Part shown: piece after piece, positions 11,509 through 25,851 of the stretch | How the letters are laid out: the number at the start of each line of letters is the position of its first letter | Numbering within the stretch: position 1 is the first letter of the stretch | Assembly: GCA_030264375.1 (NCBI GenBank) | Contig: JASCQW010000162.1 | Coordinates: 84,758,593 to 84,822,592 of the forward strand | From: Carcharhinus longimanus | Lineage: Eukaryota | Reading direction: 5' to 3' | Length of the DNA stretch: 64,000 nucleotides | Notes under the pieces: model-generated | Told to the model about the DNA's origin: nothing | Databases searched by the model: none | What the model saw: only the letters and a program-made list of their open reading frames with translations | Position numbers and translations under genes: made by a program

Positions 11509-13425
11509 CTGATCAGGCAGTAAAAAGAAAGATAGATTAAAGTTGGTTTCATCCACACAATTAATACTAAAAGCAACTAGAACAGAATCTTATCTGTCTC
11601 AAACACCACGAATGGTCTAACAATGTAAAATCTTAATCTATTCCCATTAAATAATACAACAGGATGTCAAATGTAAGCTTGTGAAAAACACTTACAGCAG
11701 ATACCAGAAGGAATTTGTTTACACGAGGAGTGACGAACATCGAAAATGAATTTTCAAACAGTCGTAGACAAACATGCCTACTGGGGTTTGGGGTAGTGAA
11801 GAGACACGAAAACATGGTTGGATGCTAGGTTGAAATTGCTCAAAAGTTGAAGCCTTGAATGGATCAAATGACCACTTTTCAATCTTAACTTCTTACAGTC
11901 ACTGACATTTTATACTTGGACCTTCAGAACTCATCGATCCATACTGTTATTTACATAAACATCTTTGTGAAACTTTTGGTAAGAGAGCAAAGATGGGAAT
12001 TATCAAGTGCAAAAGGTACTGCAGCACTCCAAATAAGTGACCAAAACTTCATAGTTGTGGGAAAGTATACCAAATCTGTTCATAAGGGCACAGGTGACTG
12101 TGCATTCACCCAAAGTGAGTTGATCATAAAGCCAGGGAGAATCTGTATAGGGAAAATCATGTTTAATGAAGTTAGCTGAATTTTATGAAGGGATAATAAA
12201 TGTGGTAGACAGGGAGTACCAATGTATTTTATGCATATAGACTTCCAAAAGATATTTGGCAAGCTGAATGATAATGCAAAAGGAACAGAGAACCATACAA
12301 CCCAAGTCTGTCAATGGCACTCTTTGTTGTAGAATATATCATAGAATGCTTATGGCAAATATGTTATGCCCACACTCCAAGAGTACCTTAGCTAATTACA
12401 TTCTCCTGCCTGTCATCCTGCAATTTGATTGTCTAATTTGGTTTTGAAAACTGCAATTGAATCTGCCTCTTTTCAGGCAACGCATTCCAGACCCCAACAA
12501 TCTGGAGGTAAAAATTAAATCTCATCACTGAATATTTCCCTTTCAGACAATACATTCCAAATCTCAATTTTTCAGGCACAAATTCCATATCACAATATTA
12601 TTGGTATGTTTATTAATTACTGTAAATCTGTCTTCTCTGGTCATTACCCACCTGCCTCTCAAAATTGTTCCTTTTATTTACTCTATCAAAACCAGGGTTT
12701 TTAATTTTCAGAAGCGTAAAGAGAATAACTTCTTTGTCTCTAAATGTAACTGGGTCCCTCACTCACTTACGATTCTAGTAATTCTCCTTTTCATCCTCAC
12801 CACTTCCTAAAGTGTGTTATCCAGAAATGGACAAAATTCACCAATGGATCCTCACAATTGAGCATTACTTCATGCTTTGTACAAGCCAAGGAAGGATTTT
12901 GTGTAAATTTTTTTTAAAAAACAACCTTCTGAACTTGTCCTGCTACCTTCAAAGATTTTGCTGCACCTGCACCTCTTTTCATGTTACCATTTAAATGATA
13001 CTGCCTCTCATTCTCCCTACCAAAACAAATTACTTCAGACTTGGTGTTAACCTGAATTTGCCACACGTCTGCTCATTTCATCAGTCTATGTTATTTGATT
13101 ATGAAGAGTAGAACGTGCAATTTAACATGGAACACATTGCCCTCGTCCAACCATTTCCCATCCTATATCCTTGTTTCACATGAAGGCTTTGCTTGGTCTC
13201 GGCTCTCTATACACAATATTGTGGAACATACTGGTGTCATACAGTAAGGTAGTAGCATTCAAATTATTACGAGTTCAGAAATAATTTGTCTTCAGTGTTA
13301 CAGCTTTGAACCTCAGATCAATTATTCTATAGTTATACATTTTTAAAAAACATCCTGACAAGAATATTAATATTAGCAAGTACTCCCTTTAGTTATAATT
13401 CTACTTAATGTTTACAGAAACATAC

Positions 13426-13522
13426 CAAATATAAATATTTACAAGTCTCGCTGAGAAAGAAGCTCTCCATTCGATCCTCCTTCGACTTGTCTATTACATG
13501 GTGAAGTGTGGCATAACCACAT
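13426..13522 (-). CDS. EDEM1: EDEM1 exon 10 (97 nt)
   Basis: atag|[33 protein letters not shown]|GTATG. Confidence 0.96.
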
Positions 13523-15589
13523 CTATTTACAAAGAAAATAGCCAACTGTAATTGCAGTGTCAGACTGCCGTGGGTTTTCACCATGACAACAAATTCTCAA
13601 ACAATTTCTCATTCATTTTTGGGGTATATCATAGTTTGTTAATCATAATTTTACAACTGATAATTTACTTGTACCAAAACAATTATTGGCCCAGTTACTT
13701 TCAAGATCGACTTGGAGACCCCACCCTCTTGCAAAATTTCTATTTCCACATCTCTACACAATGAGAATAGACATTTGGATGAGATACTATGTCTGCCAGT
13801 ACCCACAGAACCATGGCCACAACACAAGCATGACGACTTCCCTAAAGGAAAGGGGCTGACAGGAAACTGTTTATTTTAAAAGTTAATGGAGTAACAAATT
13901 GTGCATCTGTATTAGAAATCATTTTTGATACCAAGACAAATGGTGAAATTCTCTCTGGTATTTGACAAACAGGTTAGACATTGAATTATTTCTATATGCA
14001 ACTACAAGTCAGCAATGTACGCCTCCAGATTTGTTCTTTACTGAATAACACAATAAAGTTAACAGGGAGTAACACACTTGGAACATCAACTGCAGAAAAC
14101 AATGCTCTGCTCCTGAAACTCATTTAGCTGCCAGGTGCAAGAAATATCTTGGAAAGCCTACACATGCTGCAGGACAATGGGGCATCTGAGATATAAATCT
14201 AACAAGAGAGAAACACATAACATGAGATGATGCATAATCCAAATGACTATCCCCAGTATCGCTTGTTAACTGACTCTTCAATTGTCACTCAGATTGAGAT
14301 ACTGGGGTTTTTGTTCATTTTAATATTTTGGTTTAGCGGTGTTATAAAACCCTTAAATAATGAATCAATCGCTGTTAGATACTCTAACCTTCATTAAGTG
14401 TTAGATGGAATTAGATACCCATAAATTAACAGTTAACAACTTGATTCACACTTACAGTTAACTGGAGAGAGCCACACCTAACTCTGGACAGATGAGGACA
14501 GGGCAGTCTGAGAAAGATAACGATTGGTTAAAGCTACACAAGGAGTGCAGCCACCAAATGAAGTGTGTAATACATCATGAACTACAAGGAATTGGATCAT
14601 TTTAATTCCATTAATTATTCAATTACTTAACTACATGCTTTGACAGTCAATTGGTGAAAGGTCACACCTATGTCAGGGCAGACAGGGACACAATGGTCTG
14701 TGTTAGATAATGATGTATTGTACCTAGATAGAATGGAGCCAATGAGCTTTGGCACACAGATGCACAACAGAACCATAAAAGAGCATAAATAAAACAGTGC
14801 TAACAGAAGAAAGCAAATGATATCTGAACCAAGAGCTACCATGCTGCACTGCTGCCCAGAGACTCGGAATGAATATCAATCTTAATTCTATTAATTGTTG
14901 CTTTCATTCTGTGTGCATATGGTTGATTCTGCTGAAGTTGCAATAAAGTCTTTAGCACAGAAGTTCTGTTTCACCTAGGGTGTTGTACCAGCAGGCAAAT
15001 ACACCAGAATATGCAATGGGGGATTCCATCTGCACAGGAATTGCCCTAGGAAACTTCTAACAGGCAATGATTCTGCACTGGAAGCCCTGACACTGATTTT
15101 AATGAGACACTTTGGATGGTTGCAACTTACCTAGGAAGAATATTGGAAGGAGTACAATCACTTCTAACTCCTGGGTAACTATGGTAGAGTCCACCTCCTC
15201 AGCTCTGCCAACTACCCCAAATACCAAATGACCCACCCGACACTCCCTTTCTCACCCTTAATTCCTATCCACTTAGCTTACACATTGAACTTCTTAGCTT
15301 TCAAAGAGGTTGGGAACTTGACAAGTAACACTTTATGACAGCTTGTGCCATAAAAGGTTGCATGGCTTCACTTCCCCTGACACTGCTGCACCAGAGAGCC
15401 CTAGGAACCCACTGCACTGCTCATACCTGACCAGAGTCAGGTGGCTAGGAAAATACCATGCAGTCCCCAAGTAAAAAGACGCAGAGTACTAATCCGACTG
15501 AGATCATCATTCCTTGGATGTTCTTAACATTTATGCACAACTAGTAATTGCGAAGCAAATTAATTAATGGGGTATCTAACAATACAGGG

Positions 15590-15840
15590 TAAACCTTTTA
15601 GGACTCGGATGAGGAGAAATTTTTTCACCCAGAGTGGTGGGCCTGTGGAATTCACTACCACAGAAAGCAGTTGAGGCCAAACGTTAAATGCTTTCAAGAA
15701 GGGGTTGATTTTGCTCCTGAAGCAAAGAGGATGAATGGATGTGGGGGAAGGTGGGATCAGGCTAGTGTGCCATGATCATAATGGTGGAGCAGGCTCGAAG
15801 CACCAGGTAGCCTACTCCTGCTCCTATTTACTATGTTTCA
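15590..15840 (+). mobile_element. CR1 3' end
   Basis: FRTRMRRNFFTQ..V.LWNSLPQ-like segment and the tail gcctactcctgctcctattt. Confidence 0.8.
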
Positions 15841-16322
15841 ACATAAACCTAAGGCCAAGTGCCGAGGTGGCCAGGGAACACAGCTTGAATTTTAATTTCT
15901 TCCCTTCCAGCTTCGCACATTTCAATAGGTTGCCAGCGGCTCCTCAATCATATAGAATCAGAGAATTGTTACAATGCAGAAAGAGGTCATTCAGCCCATC
16001 GTGTCAGCACCGGCTCTCTAAATCAGCATGTCCACGCAAACTCCACATCCTCTCAGGCTCAATGTCTCAAACAATCCAATGTGAAATATAGTGGGAATTT
16101 ATTTTGTTACATCCATTCAACAAATCAAATTCCTTTCACCCTTACCAGAAAATCAGAGACAAACTGTATTGATCAGTGATATAAATTCAACGATGTTAAA
16201 AATAAATCTGGGACTCAGAGTTAGAACTTTAGAAATTGGATCAATGCTGGAATTTAATACTTATGAATAAATGGACAGCAAATCATCCTAACAAAGTTAA
16301 AATTTTTTACTTCAGCACTGAC

Positions 16323-16396
16323 CTGACTTTGGTGTACTTCTCCAAACTCTGGAGGATATCCATTCCCACATGCAAATAGAAAGGATTCTTTGTCGC
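16323..16396 (-). CDS. EDEM1: EDEM1 exon 9 (74 nt)
   Basis: ttag|ATKNPFYLHVGMDILQSLEKYTKV(R)|GTCAG. Confidence 0.95.
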
Positions 16397-17965
16397 CTAA
16401 TATCAAACAAAAGCAAGTAGTAATTTAGGAACGGAGGACATCAGATCAAACAATCAATGCTGGTAGCTCCACAGCCTAAAATCAACTGCATAATGTTTTA
16501 AATACTGTGTTTATAGATTAGTTTAAGAAATAACAAGCTTCATTAATAAATAAACACATTTCAAAGTAGCTTAGCAAACCATACAATCAAGAAGGGTTAC
16601 TGGTCTGTGCCTAGTTGGCTGATCTCAGACAAAACAATACTGCAATTGACTGAGTTCAGTGCCCCCAAAAACTAAGTCATGCGCGGAACAGCACCACAGC
16701 ATGAGTGAGAAAACAAAGAATTTGTATAAATAAGCTGCCTGTTCTAGCTTTAAAACTGAAAAAAATCAAACCATTTCCCATATACAGTTAGATGGGATCA
16801 GTTTAATTAAATTTAGCTGAGAGGACGTCACAAACAGACATGCATTGGGAAATACAAAGATGGTTTGTCATAAACAAGAATTATCTGTAAATAAAACTTG
16901 GACCAAGAGATGGGTACCGTCCTCCAAGGGGATGCAATAAGGTTCCTCTGCACTATAAATCTATCCCACGCAGAACAATCCATGTCTGACTGTACAAAAC
17001 TGTAGAAACCACGTCCTGCAAAGGATCCAGTTGCGACTTCTTATGACTGACCAAAGGCCCAATTCCTGGAGTTCAGGCTTGAAGCTCAGACTAACCATTC
17101 ATCCAGATACAGCTACACATGAAAATCCTGCAACATAGGTATGCAGCTATTACTGAAAGGCCCTCTGCAAAAACTCTGGAAGCCTGGAAAAGTCAGTACT
17201 GAACAACTGTTATTTTCCATCCTATAAAATTAGGATAATTAAACCTGCAACTACTGCAACCTTACATTGCTTCCATTGACATCCAATTAATGGTCTAATA
17301 AATCTATTTACCATTTGTCAGCCTAATCCACAATTCTAACAATTATTTGGCCATCTTCCAAAAAACAAAATTACAATGCACAAGGTTCGCAGATAACTCC
17401 TGTGTTAGTGTTGAACTGCCCAGCCACAAAGCCATGGAGTTATGCTCAGTGGATGAACTCTTGCTCTGTAAGGAAGTTGAAATTCTAAAATTACAGAATA
17501 ACCCTGAGTAAAGATCCCACAACTGACCATACTGTGCTATCCACATGCTACATGGTGAAAGTTCCAAACTTTTTAATATCTATGCAAGCAATACAATCTG
17601 GAGTAAACAAAATCAGTCTAAAAGATTCATAAGTATTGTGCAACTCCTTGAATCCATCCAGAGATGGCGCAGAATGAAATTAATTGGTTGTATTGAGGGA
17701 AGGTTTGAAGAATGGCCTATTGAGTTCAGACCTTCACCTGATCACTGTGCCAGTATCTATATTGTGTCAACTTGGTGAAACCCAAATGTTTCCGTGTAGA
17801 GCACAATCCTGTAACACTCCTCCAACCCCAAGATACCAGTAAACCAATCAGAACCTACCTGGCACAGCTTGTACTGATATTGGGGATGGAAGAGGATTCA
17901 ACTGAATGGTTAAGGCAGAGGTAACCTGTTTGGGGGCAATGTTAAATACATTTCCAGTTCCATAC

Positions 17966-18136
17966 CTGATACAGCAGATAAGTAGACTCAACTAATTCAG
18001 GCCTTAGTGGGTAAAACATCACATCAGGTGCTTGAAGCTGCCAGTTATACCGCTCTGGAAGAGCTCCAAAACGTTTCCATATGGCATAATAAAAGGCATG
18101 AAGGCAAATGGCATCTTCGACATCACCCGTTAAAAC
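17966..18136 (-). CDS. EDEM1: EDEM1 exon 8 (171 nt)
   Basis: atag|[57 protein letters not shown]|GTATG. The preceding intron is only 86 nt. Confidence 0.96.
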
Positions 18137-18222
18137 CTATAACGAATAGATCCTTCTAATATTAAATCAGGAAGGTTATAAAAAGACAAGAAAAATTACA
18201 AATTTAAAATCAATGAATTTAC

Positions 18223-18343
18223 CTGAAGGCCAGGGAAAAAAGCCTGGAGTGAATCAATCCACGTGTTCATCAGTTGGCCATTAAACATATTCACATTAAC
18301 GTAGAGTGGAGGATCTCCCTCTCCCTCATTACAAGCTTCGCGT
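18223..18343 (-). CDS. EDEM1: EDEM1 exon 7 (121 nt)
   Basis: acag|[41 protein letters not shown]|GTAAA. Confidence 0.96.
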
Positions 18344-18864
18344 CTGTATGTTAAGAAATATAACAAATTTATAGCAATGCTCTGGCACTAAATCATGATT
18401 AACAATAAACTGTTGAGCTGAATAAGTCCATTAATTCTAGCACTCCATAACAATTGTTTCCACTCCACTTTGTTGCTATACTCTATACCACATGGCAATT
18501 TATGATTGTTTACAGAAGTTGAGTTAGACCGATTTGCAAACATGGAGAATTCCCATCTGTACCGCTGCAAATATTCATTGCAACATGACACAGAGAGCTA
18601 GGCAGATTAATAAGGCAATAATAGTCTACAGAAAGCATCAAGATTAAATCAAGTTTGCAATCCACCAATCATCCAACTCTTCTTGACAACTGTCTACATT
18701 TTTCTAATATGCATATTTTGTGGACTGACAGAATAAGCTATTATAAGCCCAAGAGACACATTTTCAGGATCAGGTTGCCTTTAAGCCAAATATGCCCACA
18801 AGGATTTCAGACATCCATCACATTTCTTTGCTGTCAGTACAAATCACATGAAAGTTTACACATA

Positions 18865-18884
18865 GTACGTACGTACGTACGTAC
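18865..18884. repeat. (GTAC)5 microsatellite
   Basis: Read directly from the sequence. Confidence 0.9.
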
Positions 18885-19369
18885 CTACACCACCCCCCCC
18901 TCCCCGCAATGTTGCATTTATCAAAGGAACATAGAAAATCTCAGGGAAGGCTTTGCAGTAATTACTGGCTCATTTAATTTCACCACTCCTGCAGTACACT
19001 GGTAATTTTACTTCATGAGCAGAAAGTGAAATATGCTGATTGGTCCCCACTTGACAAATTATCAAAGCTAGAACATGCTTCTAGGAGAAAAGGTTGAAAA
19101 TGCTAGAACTGCACTCAACTAGTCTACTTGTGGCAAAATGCAGAAACATGGCTATTGTAACAAAAAGGATAAATAGGGTGGTCACAAGGACTTTAAACTA
19201 GCAAGTTGGAGGAAGGTAAGAGTAAAACTATGGGAAATCTAACTGTTAGTGGAAAAAGCAGCATGTTAGCATAAAGGGAGGAGGCTTTAACTACATTGAA
19301 AATCAGAAAAAAAGGAGAACTCAGGAGATGTTATTAATGGAGGTGTTAAGATTCAAAAAGATACAAAAA

Positions 19370-22158
19370 CAAACATAAGGTCACTTCTTCTGAATGCTCG
19401 TAGCATTTGGAACAAGGTAAATGAATTGACAACACAAATCATCGTGAATGAGTAAGATTTGATGGCCAGACATCAACAGACATGGCTTCAGGATGGTCAC
19501 AACTGGGAGTTAAATATCCAGGAGTATCAGACTGTTCCAAGGACAGACTAGAAGGTAAGGGAGGTGATGTAGCTCTGTTATTTAAGGATAACATCAGGGC
19601 GGTGGTGAGAGATGATATAGATTCTATGGAAAACAAGGTTGAATCCATTTGGTGGAAATTAGAAAGTGAGAAAAAGTCACTGATAGGCGTAGTCTTCAAT
19701 TTGATTTATTATTGCCACATGTTAACATACAGTGAAAAGCATTGTTTCTTTTAACTATAGAGCACCAAACAATATCATGGTGAGGTGAGAAATAAAAGAA
19801 ACAACTGCACGTAAAACTGGTACAACAATCATCATGGGAGATTTTAATCAACATGTCGATTGGTCAAACCAGGTCAGTCAAGGCAGCCTTGAGGTGGAAT
19901 TCATAGAATGCATTCACAATAGCTTCCTTGAACAGTATGTAATGGAACCTTCGAGGGAGCAAGCTATCCTAGATCTGGTCCTGTGTAATGAGACAGGAAT
20001 AATTAATGATCTCACAGTTAGGGATCCTCTCGGTAGGAGCAATCACAGTATGACTGAACTTAAAATACAGATGCATCGTGAGAAGGTAAAATCCAATACC
20101 GATGTCTTGTGTTTAAACAACAGAGACTACAATGGGTTAAGGAAGGAGTTGGCTACTGTAGACTGGGAGCAAAAACTTTATGGTGGGACAACTGAGGGAC
20201 AGTGGAGGACATTCAAAGTGATTTTTCACAGTGCTCAGCAAAAGTATATACCAGTGATAAGGAGGACAGTAGGAAAACAGATACACAGCCATGGATATCT
20301 AAGGAAATAAAGGAGGGTATCAAATTGAAAGAAAATGCAAAGTGGCAAAGATTAGTGGGAAACAAGAGGATTGAGAAAACTTTAAAGGTCAACAGAAGGT
20401 CACAAAAAAGTTATAAAGAAAATAAATGGATGAGAGAAAACTAGCTCAGTATAAAAACAGATAGCAAACATTTCTACAAATATATAAAACGAAAGAGTGG
20501 CTAAAGTAAACATTGGTCCTTTAGAAGATGAGAAGGGGGATGTAATAACTGGAAATGGCTAAAGCATTGAACAGGTATTTTGGTGTCAGTCTTCACAGAG
20601 GAAGACACAAATAACATGCCAAAAATTGGTGACAAGGTGGCTATGGGAGATGAGGACCTAGAAACTGTCATCACTAAAGAGTTAGTGCTGGGCAAGCTAA
20701 TGGGGCTAAAGGTAGATAAGTCTCCTGGCCCTGATGGAATGTAACCCAGGGATGGCGGAGAAGTAGCAAATGCACTATTTACCAAAATTTGCTGGACTCT
20801 GGGGTGATTCCCGCAGATTAGAAAACAGCAAGTTTGACACCACTGTTTCAAAAAGGAGGTAGACAAAAGGTGGGTAACTATAGACTGGTTTGCTTAACTT
20901 CTGTAGTAGGGAAAATGTTTGAAACTATTAAGGACAAAACAGCGAGACATCTGAATATAAATTGTCCCATTGGGAAGACGCAGCATGGGTTCATGAAGGG
21001 CAGGTCACGTTTGATTTAGTGGAATTCCTTCAGAACAATACATGCACAGTGGACACTGGGTAACTTGTGGATGTGGTGTACCTGGATTTCCAGAAGGCAT
21101 TTGACAAGGTGCCACACCAATGGCTGCTGCACACAATAAAGGTGCATGGTGTTAAAAGTATTGTATTAGCATGGATAGAAGGTTGGTTAACTAACAGAAA
21201 GCAAAGAGTGGGAATAAATAGATGTTTTCTGGTTGGTGATCAGTGACTAACGATGTGCCTCAGGGATCAGTATTGCAAACGCAATTGTTTATGATTTACA
21301 TAGATGACTTGAAGTTGGGACCAAGTGTAGTGTGTGAAAATTCACAGATGACACTAAGGTGAGTGGTAGGGCAAAGTATGCAGAGGACAGAGTCTGCAAA
21401 GGGATATAGATAGTCTAAGTGAGTGGGCGAGGGTCTCGCAGATGGAGTACAATGTTGGTAAAAGAGGTCATCTGTTTTGATAGAAATAACAGCACAATGA
21501 TCTATTTAAATAGTGTCCTTGTGCATGAATCACAAGAAGTTAGTTTGCAGGTGGAGCAGGTAATTAAGGCAAATGGAATTTTGTCCTTCATTGCTAGAGG
21601 GATGGAGTTTAAAAACAGCGAGGTTATGTTACAGCTGTTAAGGTGCTGATGAGGCCACACTTGGAGTATTGTGTACAGTTTTGGTTTCCTTACTTGAGAA
21701 AGGATTAGTGGCACTGGAGGGGGAACAGAGGAGATTCATTAGGTTGATACTGGAGTTGAGAGGGTTGGCTTTCAGATGAATGAGCAGAGGTCTTATAGAA
21801 ACATATGAAGAGATAGGTACGATAGACTCAGATTGTTTCCACTGGCAGGTGAAACTAGAACTAGACGGACATGACCTCAAAATAAAGGGGAACAGATTTA
21901 GGACTGAGTTGAAAAGGAACTTCTTCAACCAAAAGGGTTGTGAATCCAGGGAATTCCCTGCCCAGTGAAACAGTTGAGGTTATCTCAGTGTTTTTAAGGC
22001 AAGGATAGATAAATATTTGAACAGTAAAGAAATTAAGGGCTTTGGGGAGCAGGCAGGCAAGCGGAATTGAGTCCACAAAAAGATCAGCCATGATCTTATG
22101 GAATGGCGGAGCAGGCTTGAGGGCCTGAATGGCCTACTCCTGCTCCTAGTTCTTACGA
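19370..22158 (+). mobile_element. Degenerate CR1-clade LINE, ORF2 (APE endonuclease + RT) through the 3' tail, in EDEM1 intron 6
   Basis: Motifs NARSI..KVNEL, MGDFN, LDLVL, PGPDG, NYRLVCLTSVVGK, QHGF, YLDFQKAFDKVPH, VPQGSVL and FTDDTK, with many stops and frameshifts. CR1-type 3' end ggcctactcctgctcctagttcttacg. Confidence 0.92.
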
Positions 22159-23230
22159 ATCATGGAACAGGGAAATTAAAGTAAATCAAAGCAAACCCAC
22201 AAGCTCCAGCTCTATTCAGGCAACACCTGATTGAAGTGGCATAACAGCCACTACAATCAGGTGCTACATTATTTTTGCTTCAACATAATCTGTTTAAACA
22301 CCAAATCAAGCAAAGAAACAAGTTTTGCATGCCAACATTGTAAATGTTTTCAAATAATTTGTCAGACAAATTTCACAATTTTTTTGTGTAAAAAGCAGCG
22401 TAAGAATCTTTTTTAAAAAGATAGTCATTTTGCTGAGGAGATTGCAGACTTAAGTTTTGATTACATCTAGTGGATTGGTTACTGTTGCACTCAAAAAAAA
22501 CATTGAAATTAGTGAATTTCCACAGGCCTAGAGGCTGTCGTCAAAGGCAGGACATGTGTTTTGCATAGATGGAACCACAGCCAATCAATTTGGTTACCAT
22601 TTTTGAAACCACATACAAGTTACTTCAATTAAAAAGCTGCAACTGTGCATTTTATAGCACAGAATGCAAGCATTATAGGTACCGAATCCTTTCGAAAGGA
22701 TTCTGGGTTATAATGTTAACACTTCCTAATAGACAACACTTTCCTATAATGGGAAACTTTGGAAATCAAGAGCAAGATAGTTTGCCTTGAATTGATTAAA
22801 CAAACCAAACCAATTTGCTCCAGGTAGCTGCATTTTCTATTAGTGTTTTTTCAAAATTTCATTAAAGCCCTTTCAAAATTTATTCATTGAAGGTAGAAAA
22901 ACCATTAAAATTAATATTGAATTACAAATTTACAATACAACCAAACATGAGTTTTTGGTGAGGCATCTCAAAAATTAATTAAGATGATTTTCATACCCAT
23001 TCCTCCCCCACCCCTTAATCATTAGTTATTTTGGAAGAAAAATTACAGAAATAGCTGTTTATTAGAATTACATTAATTTTCACAACTTCCAATTGCATGA
23101 AAACCTGTACTAATAAGGTACAAAGATGTACATGATTAAATAACACAAATATAACAAGGCTAGCAGAGGCTTCAGCTGACGATAGGAATTACCCATGAAC
23201 TAATAAGCTGTAGTTACAAGGATATCATAC

Positions 23231-23405
23231 CCTCTCCTCAGATGATTCTGAATGCTTTCATAAGCAGCATTGAACATCTCCAGATCTTCACTTTCTCCAA
23301 ATAGTATGTAGGATTTCAAAAGATATTCATAAAACGAATCCATTCCTGCTCCTAATCCACTTTGTTTTCCAACCCATTGTCCAGTCTGAATGTTTACCAC
23401 ATTCC
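23231..23405 (-). CDS. EDEM1: EDEM1 exon 6 (175 nt)
   Basis: acag|[59 protein letters not shown](G)|GTATG. Confidence 0.96.
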
Positions 23406-24737
23406 CTGTGTAAAAAATGAAGGCAAACTAAATGTCCTGGAGTTCAAGTAAATTATCGAGGCTCAAACAATAAATTTTAGCAGAAGTGTAATTCACATCT
23501 CATTTAAAGACATTGCTTTGCAATCATTAAAGAAACAGACTTTAAATGATCTGTTTGATTAAAATAGATGTTTTAATATATGAAGGGTATGCCCTATGAA
23601 GGTGCAGAAATTTCAAAAGCGGCTGTAAAACCTTCCAGGTGGACAGATAAAGCCGATTAGAAATGAAGCAGCTCCCTAGAGTTCAAAGTACAGATTTTTT
23701 TAAATGTAAATTTAGGGTGTGATGACAAAATCAAATACTGTACAAGTTACACCATGTATGAACATAAGCGAACAAGTATGGAAGGCATTAGTTATTTCAA
23801 CTGGTTCACAAATCAAATTTAACCAAGAGCTGATCTGTATGAATAAGGCTTCAATACATATTATGCACACTGAAGCTGCAGTCTTCAGTATTACATGAGT
23901 ACCAAAAGTATATTAATTTGTCAATTATTGAAAATAAAATGCTATCCTCCAAACATGAGTTAGCTTAACTATTGCTCAAGAATTTTTTTTCCATAAATGC
24001 AACGAACACCAAGCTCATTGCTCAGCTACAGGTAAGGCCCAGAGCTGAATCTGCTTCTAAGCTTCCAAATGTCACAAGAACAACTCTGCATTGATTTGTG
24101 ACCATTTCCATTAGGAAAATATTAAACATCCAGCAGGGGACAATAATCCACAAAACAATAGTTGGATTCATATGAATCCAGATCCTACTGTTTGTGCCAA
24201 ACATTTTTGACACTTTACACCACTGCATTACCAATATAGATGGAGAATACATATCAATCCAAAAGATAAATGTACACAAGGTGACTGAATCAGTGAACTG
24301 GTAAAATCAGATGCCTTGATATCAGCGTGTTGGAGTTTAACACTTGTGCTTATAACGAGTTGAATTATAAAACTGTCCTGAGTCAATCCACAAAAACTGT
24401 TATATTAGTGGGTCTCACTGCATTGTTGAGTCAGATGATAGAAATGAATTTCTTAATAATAATTGAAGTTTCATTCATTTCTTTGTTTTGTTCAGTATCT
24501 GCTTAGCTTAAAGACCTGTAATTATTATTACTTCTCTCATTTATAATTATTTACACTTATCTTTTTATGGAAATCTTTCTATCACTCCCCTTGTCTCTGC
24601 CTTGCCCCTTATTTTCTCTCTCCTTTTATCTATCTTCTTCTATGATTCCCTACTATTCACCTTTTCGACTCATTTTATCATTATGATCTGTATTTTCCTG
24701 AATCCCATGTGACATGAATGAGGATATTAGATACACG

Positions 24738-24810
24738 GAGAGTGAGAGAGAGTGTGTGGTGTGTGTGTTGTGGTGTGGGGGGTGGGCGGAGGGGAAGAGA
24801 GAGAGAGAGA
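24738..24810. repeat. Compound GA/GT low-complexity microsatellite
   Basis: Read directly from the sequence. Confidence 0.8.
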
Positions 24811-25851
24811 ATGCTGTTGGTAGTGGCTAGAAGACAGGGGCTTTGGTTGAAGTAGGCAACAATACAGCTGGAGAGGGAAGCCTGTGGTCAAATCAGATGC
24901 AGAAAAGATGAGGAATTCCTGACATGAATGGGGACTAAGACATCAGAATGTGAAGCAGCACACCAGAAGTACACTAAGCCTTTCTATTAGATTTAAAGCA
25001 AGCCTTAGGTTAAAAGATAAGTAGCTCAGGGTGGACCCGAGGCCTGTTCCTCAAATACATGAGTGCAGTAACTCTCAAATCTACAGAACAGCGGATCCAA
25101 AATTGCAGCTCACCCTTAAAACCCAAATAAAAGAAATTTACTGGAAATAGTTATACTTCATGAAAAATGATCTACCCACAAAGATTACATCAGATATTCT
25201 TTTCCCTATTTCATTCACCCGAATATCTAGACCAAAATACACACCATTAAATTATGTGTGCCACTGTATAACCCACATACAGATGGGCTAAAACACTACA
25301 TTAAAACTAAATAATTGCCATTTTTGCAATGACGAGTTGAATAAGAGAAAATGCTTGCAGCAAGCTCCTAATCTTTCCCATTATTCAGGAGAGCATTGAA
25401 CTGAAAACAAATCTAAAATAAATCCAATCTAATTCCCAACATCTGGACAAATTCTTGTAGTACTCAGGTACAAAAATCAAAATGGATCCTACATTTTCTT
25501 GTATTGCAACCTGTTTACCAATCTCCAATTCCTGGTGGTATTATCATGGTAACTTTTAAGTTACTGAAGTAGTGGTGACTAAAGCTGTCTAAAGATTCAG
25601 CTACTTCCACATTCCAAGCTTTGAAATGCAGAACGATAGTTTGAATAAAAAGTTTACATACATTACAGCCAATCTCGCACAAGTTACAATTTGACATTTC
25701 AAAGCGTTCTTAACGTAAAACAGCTCATCAAAATGTTTACTGTTTGACGAACATCTTAATTGGTATTTTACATCACAAGCTTTTGCACTAAAATGAAGCT
25801 TTTGTCAAGTTTCACGAGTAACTTGGGAGCCCAAATAACACATTTAAGTAC

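Noticed and set aside
19834-21019. ORFs of 60-158 aa as host genes
   Set aside because: They are fragments of a broken CR1 ORF2.
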